From positions 3,744,001-3,808,000 of the forward strand of contig OZ253442.1 in NCBI GenBank assembly GCA_965261085.1: a stretch of DNA of 64,000 bases, given 5' to 3'. This DNA comes from a bacterium (lineage in GTDB: Bacteria; UBA8248). Shown here in pieces: positions 57,701 through 64,000 of this stretch (within the stretch, counting starts at the first letter, position 1; every line of letters starts with the position of its first letter). The position numbers and the translations under genes are program-made. Below the pieces are notes generated by a model. The model had not been told where the DNA came from. It made no database searches and saw only the letters and a program-made list of their open reading frames with translations.

Positions 57701-59378
57701 GGCCAGCGTCCGCCGGGATCTCGACCGAATCGAACTCCCAGTACCCCGTGGTGAACGTTTCCCACGTGAAGTCCTCCAGAAACAACGTCTCTCCGTGGCA
57801 GCCGGACCTGACATCGTCGTTGAAGTACTCGATCGCGATGGGGCCGCGAACTCCGAGAGCGCCCCATCCCGTGAAGTCGCGCCCGCTGCTCCGGTGGTGG
57901 TTGAGAAGGTTCGTCACCTTGACCCGGTAGCGGAATGTCTCGCCCCCGGTGATGCTTTCGATGTCGGCGCCACTTGCGTCAACGACCGCCAGGCTCACGA
58001 TCGGGTTTGTCGGCTGCTTCGCCCCGGTGCGCGCCGTCGCCACCTCCGACCAGGCGCCCCGGCCGATGGCGTTCCTCGCCCGCACCCGCAGCTCGTACTC
58101 GGTGGACGCGTCCAGGAAGGGATAGAGCAGAAGGCGCGTCCCCGCGGACTCGGTCCGCGCGGTCCGGGACCGTCTGTTTTCGTTTTCTGGATCGGCGGCC
58201 TTCCAGTACTTCACCTCGTAGTCGGTGATCGACCCAGCCGGAGCCGAGGCCGGCGCCGACCACTCCACCTCCAGCAGCCCCCCCGTGCGCGGGGGCGCGG
58301 TCGCCGTCACCGCGGTCGGGGCCGCGGGAGACGCCCGCAGCCGCGGCGTCACGGAGGCCGTCGAGGACCAGTCCAGGCCGGTGTCGCGCCAGTGGTAGGT
58401 ATGGGTGCCGCTCTCAAACTGTGCGTCGCTGAACGCGAACTTGTCGCTGCCGATATGCAAGACCAGCCTTGCCCTGTCGGCGGCGGTTAACGCACGGTTC
58501 AGGCTGAAATACAGGATACGATCGTCCCCGGCGGTCGCCACCCCGACTCCAACCATCGCCTCATCGATCCAGTAGCGGTTCGCGCCGAAGCTGATTCTGC
58601 GGTCGATCAGGCCACCCACCCCGGCACCGCGCCATGTCTTGTGGAATCCATACCCGATGGTCTTTCCGCTGGCTTCGGCCACCTCCCCCACCTGCACCGC
58701 CCCGCACCAGACGTCGCCCGGGTTCAGCGTGCAGGTCGTGGGCGGGAGCTCGCGCGTGATTCTGATGTTGTAGAGCGTATCGGCCATAAATACCGGGGAA
58801 CTCGCGGTACTCCTCCACTGAAGTGAGTTAGACCCCAACGCATCATCCGGGTCGATCATGACTTGGCTGGCGTCGACCATTGGGAAGGAAGTCGACCCGA
58901 TATGCAGCGTCAATGACTCCCGGAACTGACGGTTTGCGAGATTGCCTTGCTTGCCCGGCGAAAACCAAAGCTCAAGTATGGAGTCGGGACCGAGTATAGT
59001 GCCATGGATGTACTCAACGGCTTCTATTACATATTCATCGGAATCATGGGTGAATGTGCCGCTTTTACCGATGCCTCCGTAAGCGGTGGAGTGGCTGCCC
59101 TTGGGGTCGCCGTCGGCGTAGCTGATTGTCGTATAAGTCGCTTGCGTATCGACGAACCCCATATGCATCGTGGTCCTGAAGAGGATTTCGGACTCCTGCG
59201 CCTGGGCCGTGGCCGGCAGGGCGAGGGCGCAGGAGAGCGCGAGCAGCGCAGCGACGGCGAGCGCGCGTGCGGAGCGGAGGAGCCCGCCCGCCATGCGGCG
59301 CCGGAGTCCGGAAGGGGAGCCGTGATGCGCTCTTGAACCGTCGTTCCCTGGAGACGAAGCTTTCACGGATGCCGTCAT
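54708..59378 (-). CDS. Large autotransporter-like surface protein with Fn3, three repeated Ig-like modules and a Calx-beta domain
   Basis: Signal ending PATAQA; Fn3 LEVEWSAP...YELRVRARNAIGRGAWS; 3x P.HDG...FSE...GG.VT; Calx-beta VTVDYATADGTAKAGADY; AWLARFGRTVA linker; barrel ending in W. Confidence 0.88.
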   Translation of the reverse strand: MTASVKASSPGNDGSRAHHGSPSGLRRRMAGGLLRSARALAVAALLALSCALALPATAQAQESEILFRTTMHMGFVDTQATYTTISYADGDPKGSHSTAYGGIGKSGTFTHDSDEYVIEAVEYIHGTILGPDSILELWFSPGKQGNLANRQFRESLTLHIGSTSFPMVDASQVMIDPDDALGSNSLQWRSTASSPVFMADTLYNIRITRELPPTTCTLNPGDVWCGAVQVGEVAEASGKTIGYGFHKTWRGAGVGGLIDRRISFGANRYWIDEAMVGVGVATAGDDRILYFSLNRALTAADRARLVLHIGSDKFAFSDAQFESGTHTYHWRDTGLDWSSTASVTPRLRASPAAPTAVTATAPPRTGGLLEVEWSAPASAPAGSITDYEVKYWKAADPENENRRSRTARTESAGTRLLLYPFLDASTEYELRVRARNAIGRGAWSEVATARTGAKQPTNPIVSLAVVDASGADIESITGGETFRYRVKVTNLLNHHRSSGRDFTGWGALGVRGPIAIEYFNDDVRSGCHGETLFLEDFTWETFTTGYWEFDSVEIPADAGPVRLRMGFGCRASHTNAGLPLTGFVTTTSRSFQLGSPVRACLSVADSEGTVTNACPAGEGGARSLKARFVSPPEHHDGSGRVKVRVAFSEAIEESPENVGEHGVKVEGGRVTSVRQVDNRPGGGAAGRSAGRSGGGQEDGERVWEFEIEPGSDDDLTMRIDGGRPCDEPGAICTEDGRSLSEGIATTVEGPGPAPLTAAFEGLPEAHDGEDAFHFRVAFSEEIGIGFRSMRDASFTVDGGEVTGARRVDRRHDLWRITVEPDGEGDVTVTLAGGRECGVSGAICTRGGDRRRLTNTATATVAGPAVEPVVVALTASFVQAPAEHDGKTAFKLRIAFSEGISIGFRTFRDASLSVSGGSVTKAKRVDRRKDLWEATVKPDSIGDVTVTLEGGRACGTPGAVCTGDGRALSAAISTRVLGPPGLSVADAEVEEGPDAALAFVVRLDRAPSSRVTVDYATADGTAKAGADYTAVSGALTFAAGERAKTVSVAVLDDAHDEGSETLTLTLSNATGAYIEDGTATGTIKNTDHMPKAWLARFGRTVAEQVLDAVGARIEGNSNSPGPARLTLGGHQVVLGASWPGADGTLLGEAGVLGPDLRETKDLLRAEADDSTAGEISTAGLLMASSFHMASAGGEDESGRWSLWARGSRASFSGKEDALTLEGDVSTGVMGADYERGRVLAGVALAYSTGEGSYTEADARGELESTLASAYPYLRYTLSERLSVWGVLGLGEGGLTLEVENTGGIVERMETDISMGMAAFGARGKLASVAGYDLAVKTDVLFVRTESEAVTGLAAADAQTRRLRLALEGSREVKFESGVLTPSLEIGLRHDGGDAETGSGVELGGGLRWTNSGGLTMEVRARGLIAHEERDYEEWGVSASLALSPGEEGRGLSVRVGSAWGASSSGVGRLWAQRAVAGGEFDPDAGLNAEVGYGLDAWRGLLTPYTGVALTGGGETWRAGARWKLGPAFALNLEATLAEPAGDGEPEAGLVLRGSKRW

Positions 59379-59589
59379 TGTCTCACCTTTCCTTTCATGT
59401 GGTGCGCCGCCGTCCCGCACCGGTCCGGACGCAAGACCGGCGTCCGGGTCGTCCATGACTCATGCTTGTCGGTGGGGGATTCGCTGGTATTCGTCGCCAG
59501 GCGGGAATGCTCGCTTTCGGGCGCATCTGCGCCCGAAAAGGCGCACCCCCCCGGGGGGGTGAAGGCGCCGACCGGACGCCCGATCTATT

Positions 59590-59680
59590 CTTGAGGCTTG
59601 AGGCTTGAGGCTTGAGGCTTGAGGCTTGAGGCTTGAGGCTTGAGGCTTGAGGCTTGAGGCTTGAGGCTTGAGGCTTGAGG
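59590..59680. repeat. Perfect heptamer tandem repeat (CTTGAGG)13
   Basis: 91 bp counted directly. Confidence 0.97.
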
Positions 59681-59685
59681 CCCTC

Positions 59686-59714
59686 AGTATATGATGACCC
59701 GACGCCTCACGCAA
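59686..59714 (-). promoter_or_regulatory. Sigma70-like promoter TTGCGT-N17-TATACT
   Basis: Same motif and spacing as in cassette copy 1. Confidence 0.6.
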
Positions 59715-60066
59715 ATTCAGGCCTCGCGCCGACTTCCCTTGATATCCCATTCGTTCTTGTTTCTTTCTTGCGTTCGTTTCATGAGACGCCCCATGGAACC
59801 CTCACGGGCCCGGGCGATGCGTCGAACGATACGGAGCCGACCCCTGTGAAGGAACCGGGCGCCTCCTAGCCAAAATATGATCACTTTCTAGGATAAGCGA
59901 TTCGGACACACCTTGTGAAACTCTAAATTCGAGGCCTGAGCAATAATTAAATTTGTGCAAATGCGGGCCCTTGCGGGGGGGGGATTGCCCTCATCGCCCC
60001 GTCGCCGCTGCGGGGTCGGCATCGCGCAGAAACGCATCCCGTGCGGGCCGGACTCCGATGACAAGG

Positions 60067-62376
60067 TCACATGGCATCGACCTCTTCCACCATCAGCGTG
60101 TAGGTGCCCTGGCAGATGCCAAAAGCGCCTGCCGACACGTAGTAGGTGGCGCCCTCATCCGGCGTGAAATCCACCCGGCTGTTGCGGTGGTCCACGCCGA
60201 TGTCGTCATTCCTCGTGCGGGCGATCCGGTCGCCCTCCTCGTCGTAGATCCCGCGCAGATACGGGTCGGGCAGCGTGCCGTCGCCCGTCGGCGACCCCTT
60301 CAGTTCGAAGCGGTACGTCTTGTGCGCCTCCAGCTCGACCGCGAACCAGTCCTGGTCGCCGAGCGGCTCGATGTCGCCCGTGGCCGAGCCGCCGACCACC
60401 ACCCTCCCGGTCGTGGTGGAGTCGGCCGCGTAGTCGTCCGAAACCTCGGTGACCGCCAGCGTGTAGGTGCCGACATAACCGCCGTCAGCGCCTGCCGACA
60501 CGTAGTAGGTGGCGCCCTCAGCCGGCGCGAAATACACCCGGCTGTTGCGGCCCACACCGCTGTCGTAATTCGTCGTGCCGTCGATCGGCTCGCTGTCGGC
60601 ATCGTGGATCCCGAGCAGAACCGGGTTAATCAAGGTGCCGCCGCCGGTCGGCGACCCCTCCAGGTCGAACCGATAGAGCTTGTCCGCCTCCAGGGTCACC
60701 GCAAACCAGTCGGTGTCGCCGGGGGCATCGATGTTGCCCGTGGCCGAGCCGCCGACCACAACCCGGCCGGAGGTGGTGACGTCGGCCGGCAGGTCGGCGT
60801 CGCCCTCCGAGACGCTCGCCGCCTCGTCCTGGGCCTGGGCTGTCTCGGGCTCCGCCGGCGGGACGACCGTTTCCGCAGGCGGCTCGTCCTGTTCCTGTTC
60901 CTGCGCCGCTAGCCGCTCCGCCTCCAGCCGCGCCACTTCGGCCGGGTCCGCGTCGCCCACCCCGTAGCGGAACACATACGCGTTCGCACCCGCCTCCCGC
61001 GCCTCCACCCGTACGTAATACGTCCCCGCCGGCAGCGTCTCGCGCATCCACTCGTTCGCCGTGCCGGAACGCTCGCTGCTGTGCAGCACGTTGCCCTCTG
61101 CGTCCTCCAGCACCAGGTCCGCATCGGCGTCCTGGCGCCGAAGCCCAAGCGCCACCTCGCGCGGCCCGCTCAGCGTGAACCGGTACCACGCCACCCCATC
61201 GGCGCCGCCGTCCAGCGTACCCCGCGGGAACCGCGCCGCTGCCAACTCCGTGATGTCCCCGAGGTCCTCGGCCGCCGCGCGCGCCGGGTCCGCAACAGGC
61301 GGATTGCCCTCCACCGGCTCATCCACGTCGGTGACGCTGACGGTCGCGGTGGTGTCGGTCGTCTGATCCCCGTCACTCGCCCGGACAGTCAGCTCGAAGC
61401 TGGTCGAACCGGTCTCGTAGTCCTCGCCCCCGCCCGTGTAGAACAGCTCGCCGCCGGCCGCGTCGATCTCGAACAGCCCCGCCGCGTTGCCCCCCTCGAT
61501 GCTGTAGGTCACTGAACCGCCGTCCGGATCCGTCGCCGAGACCGTGCCCAGCGATATCCGGTTCGCGCTGCCGTCCGTGTTCTCCGCCAGATCGAAGCCG
61601 TAGCCCGCCTGCCCAAACGCCGGTGCTTCCGCCACGTCGGTGACGTTGACGGTCGCGGTGGTGTCGGTCGTCTGATCCCCGTCGCTCGCCCGGACAGTCA
61701 GCTCGAAGCTGGTCGAACCGGTCTCGTAGTCCTCGCCCCCGCCCGTGTAGAACAGCTCGCCGCCGGTCGCGTCGATCTCGAACAGCCCCGCCGCGTTGCC
61801 GCCCTCGATGCTGTAGGTCAGCGTGTCGCCTTCCGGGTCTACCGCCGAGACCGTGCCCAGCGATATCCGGTTCGCGCTGCCGTCCGCGTTCTCCGGGAGT
61901 TCGAAACCGTAGAACTGAGAGCCGAATGCCGGTGGCTGCTGCTGAACCTGCTCCTGCGCGACCGGCGGATCCTCTGGATCCGGGTCCGGCGCCACGATCG
62001 GCGGCGAGGTGTCCGTCACCTCGACCTCGTAGGTGCCCCGGCCGGAAAAGATCCCCGCCGCGCCCGCCGCGATGTAGTGGGTCCCGCTCTCGGTCGCCGT
62101 GAAGGTCACCCGGCTGTTGTAGCCTTCGCCCCCGTCGTCGTTCGTCGTACGCGGAATGAGATTGCCGCCGGAATCGTGGATGCCGCGCAGATAGGGATCG
62201 CTCAGCGTGCCGTCGTCCGTGGGGCCGCCTCTCAGATCGATGACGTAGGTCCGCCCCGCCACCAGCTCCACCGCGAACCAGTCGCTGTCGCCGTTGCTCC
62301 CGATGTTGCCCGTGGCCGTGTCGCCCACCGCGACGGCGCCCGTGGTCTGTACGTCGGCCGTATAATCGTCAGGCAT
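60067..62376 (-). CDS. Secreted protein with PPC (pre-peptidase C-terminal)-like repeats and two cadherin domains
   Basis: GDxDWFAVEL...DPYLRGIxD...YYVSAG repeats; duplicated ENADG...AVDPEGD...DYE...LTVRASDG...VTDV; no signal peptide; GAAAGGAAAGG ribosome-binding site. Confidence 0.85.
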   Translation of the reverse strand: MPDDYTADVQTTGAVAVGDTATGNIGSNGDSDWFAVELVAGRTYVIDLRGGPTDDGTLSDPYLRGIHDSGGNLIPRTTNDDGGEGYNSRVTFTATESGTHYIAAGAAGIFSGRGTYEVEVTDTSPPIVAPDPDPEDPPVAQEQVQQQPPAFGSQFYGFELPENADGSANRISLGTVSAVDPEGDTLTYSIEGGNAAGLFEIDATGGELFYTGGGEDYETGSTSFELTVRASDGDQTTDTTATVNVTDVAEAPAFGQAGYGFDLAENTDGSANRISLGTVSATDPDGGSVTYSIEGGNAAGLFEIDAAGGELFYTGGGEDYETGSTSFELTVRASDGDQTTDTTATVSVTDVDEPVEGNPPVADPARAAAEDLGDITELAAARFPRGTLDGGADGVAWYRFTLSGPREVALGLRRQDADADLVLEDAEGNVLHSSERSGTANEWMRETLPAGTYYVRVEAREAGANAYVFRYGVGDADPAEVARLEAERLAAQEQEQDEPPAETVVPPAEPETAQAQDEAASVSEGDADLPADVTTSGRVVVGGSATGNIDAPGDTDWFAVTLEADKLYRFDLEGSPTGGGTLINPVLLGIHDADSEPIDGTTNYDSGVGRNSRVYFAPAEGATYYVSAGADGGYVGTYTLAVTEVSDDYAADSTTTGRVVVGGSATGDIEPLGDQDWFAVELEAHKTYRFELKGSPTGDGTLPDPYLRGIYDEEGDRIARTRNDDIGVDHRNSRVDFTPDEGATYYVSAGAFGICQGTYTLMVEEVDAM
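61324..61910. repeat. Near-identical direct duplication of the cadherin module (309-bp offset)
   Basis: cacgtcggtgacg... begins at both 61324 and 61633. Confidence 0.85.
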
Positions 62377-62500
62377 GGCTGCCCCCTTTCCTTTCCCGTG
62401 CAATCAATTAAATATAAGTTCCCGTACCTTCGTCCGCCCGTACCCGTGGACGGACATCAGAGGGCCGGAGACGGAACCGCCCGGCGGTCTAGCGGACTTG

Positions 62501-62800
62501 CGATCTATTCATGAGGTTTGAGGCCTTGCGCAATATGCATCCGTGGAAACACGGATTCCCGTACACGTCATCTTTCTTCTTTCCCTTTCACGAAGCGCCC
62601 CATGAACCGGGCCCGTACGACCAAGTCGAGCGACACGGAGCCGGCTCGTGGTACGGAACCAGGCGCCTCCTGGCCAAAGTCTGATCACTTTTCAGGATAA
62701 ACGATTCGGACACACCTTGTGAAACGGGAAATTTTTGGGCTAGGGACACTTTAATTTGGGCAAATGCGGGGCCCTTGCGGGGGGGGGGGGGGCGATTGCC
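62501..62800 (-). promoter_or_regulatory. Conserved upstream cassette, copy 3 (diverged; two degenerate heptamers, G14 tract)
   Basis: cgatctatt-catgagg-tttgagg; shared core; G14 at 62779-62792. Confidence 0.7.
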
Positions 62801-62870
62801 CTCGGCGCCCCGGCGCCTCGGGTCCGGTTCGGATCGACGCCATTCTGTCCGGACCGGCGCGGACCCGCCA

Positions 62871-64000
62871 TCACATGCCGTCGACTACCCACAGCGTGTA
62901 GGTGCCCAGGTGATTGCCAGAAGCGCCTGCCGACACGTAGTAGGTGGCGCTCTCGTCCGGCGTGAAAGACACCAAGCTGTTGTTGCCCCAGCCGCCGTCG
63001 TCATTCGCCGTGCCGTCGATCAGTTCGCCGTCCTCGTCGTAGATGCCGCGCAGATACGGGTCACCCAGGGTGCCGTGGTGCGTCGGCGACCCCATCAGGT
63101 GGAAGCGGTACGTCTTGCCCTCCCCCAGATCGACTGCGAACCAGTCCCGGTCACCGGGGGTTCCGATCGTACCCGTGACCCAGCCGTCGACCGCAACCGT
63201 CCCGGTCGTGGCGGGGTCGGCCGCGTAGTCGCCGTCCGGATTCTCGCTCTCGCTGACCCTCAGCGTGTAGGTGCCGGTCCAATAATCGTGGTCAGAGCCT
63301 GCCGACACGTAGTAGGTGGCATCCTCATTCGGTGTGAAAGACACCCGGCTGTTGCGGACCCGACCGCCGTCGTCGTTCGTCGTGCCGTCGATCCGGTTGC
63401 CGCCGGCATCGTAGATCCCGCGCAGATACGTGTCACGCAAGGTGCCGCTCCACGACCAGATTCCCTCCAGGTCGAACTGGTACGTCTTGCCCGCCTCCAG
63501 GGTCACCGCGAACCAGTCCCGGTCGCCGAAGTATCCGACATTGCCCGTGGCCGAGCCGCCCACCACAACCGTCCCGGTCGTGGTGGCATCGGCCGCGTAG
63601 TCGTCGGCCGGATTCTCGCTGACCCTCAGCGTGTAGGTGCCGGTTCTATTGCTGTAACCGCCGGCCGACACGTAGTAGGTGGCGTCCTCATCCGGCGTGA
63701 AATACACCCGGGTGTCGTAGCTTGCGCCGCCGTTGTCGTTCGTCGTGCCGTCGATCAGTTCGCCGTTGGCATCGTAGATGCCGCGCAGATACGGGTTGCG
63801 CAACGTGCTGGGGCCGGTCGCCCGCGCCTCCAGCTCGAACCGATAGAGCGTGCCCGCCTCCAGGGTCACTGCAAACCAGTCCCGGTCGCCATTGTATTCG
63901 ATAGTGCCCGTGGCCGAGCCGCCGACCACAACCCTCCCGGTCGTGGTGGAGTCGTCCGCGTAGGCGTCCGCGTAGTCGTCCGTCGCGTCGCTGACCGCCA
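62871..64000 (-). CDS. PPC-like repeat secreted protein; 5' end lies outside the window
   Basis: Three repeats DDYAAD.TTTG.V.VGGSATG...GDRDWFAV...YYVSAG; ends VVDGM. Confidence 0.85.
   Translation of the reverse strand, partial: AVSDATDDYADAYADDSTTTGRVVVGGSATGTIEYNGDRDWFAVTLEAGTLYRFELEARATGPSTLRNPYLRGIYDANGELIDGTTNDNGGASYDTRVYFTPDEDATYYVSAGGYSNRTGTYTLRVSENPADDYAADATTTGTVVVGGSATGNVGYFGDRDWFAVTLEAGKTYQFDLEGIWSWSGTLRDTYLRGIYDAGGNRIDGTTNDDGGRVRNSRVSFTPNEDATYYVSAGSDHDYWTGTYTLRVSESENPDGDYAADPATTGTVAVDGWVTGTIGTPGDRDWFAVDLGEGKTYRFHLMGSPTHHGTLGDPYLRGIYDEDGELIDGTANDDGGWGNNSLVSFTPDESATYYVSAGASGNHLGTYTLWVVDGM

Larger units (their letters stand above)
59572..59990 (-). promoter_or_regulatory. Conserved upstream cassette, copy 2
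   Basis: Near-identical to copy 1; G9 tract at 59975-59983. Confidence 0.8.

Noticed and set aside
52694-59680. Heptamer arrays or the three cassettes as a CRISPR array
   Set aside because: No unique spacers between repeats and no cas genes; these are simple tandem repeats
1-64000. tRNA/rRNA genes, reverse transcriptase (retron/DGR) and prophage structural genes
   Set aside because: None recognised by eye; a tRNAscan/Infernal/HMM run would be needed to exclude them fully

Overview
Accessory region with almost no housekeeping genes, in three parts. (1) About 1-40 kb: a tyrosine-integrase-associated defence island. It holds an AbiJ-NTD3/nuclease, two large STAND-NTPase (NLR/Avs-like) proteins, an ABC-ATPase + TOPRIM pair, an AbiE toxin-antitoxin pair, a Dsr1-like sirtuin, a PD-(D/E)xK nuclease and a dynamin-like GTPase. 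These are mixed with a GC-rich ICE/plasmid-type backbone (ssb, toprim, DUF2493), an intact IS256, and many IS and integrase remnants. (2) 40.7-46.8 kb: an IS66-type element (transposase + DUF4338/DruA-like gene, exact 8-bp target duplication CCTTTGCC). Both of its terminal inverted repeats are interrupted at the same base by matching copies of an IS110/IS1111-family element, whose non-coding region carries segments matching the IS66 terminus and its own circle junction, i.e. a readable seek/bridge RNA. (3) 47-64 kb: a cluster of large surface/secreted proteins (autotransporters, Fn3, Calx-beta, cadherin, PPC, TbpB-like lipoprotein). Three are preceded by a shared ~300-440 bp cassette with variable (CTTGAGG)n heptamer arrays (17, 13, ~2 units) and poly-G tracts (6, 9, 14), suggesting multi-locus phase variation. 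The adhesin repertoire resembles marine host-associated (e.g. sponge-symbiont) bacteria; this is inference only. All family calls come from motif recognition by eye, not database searches.
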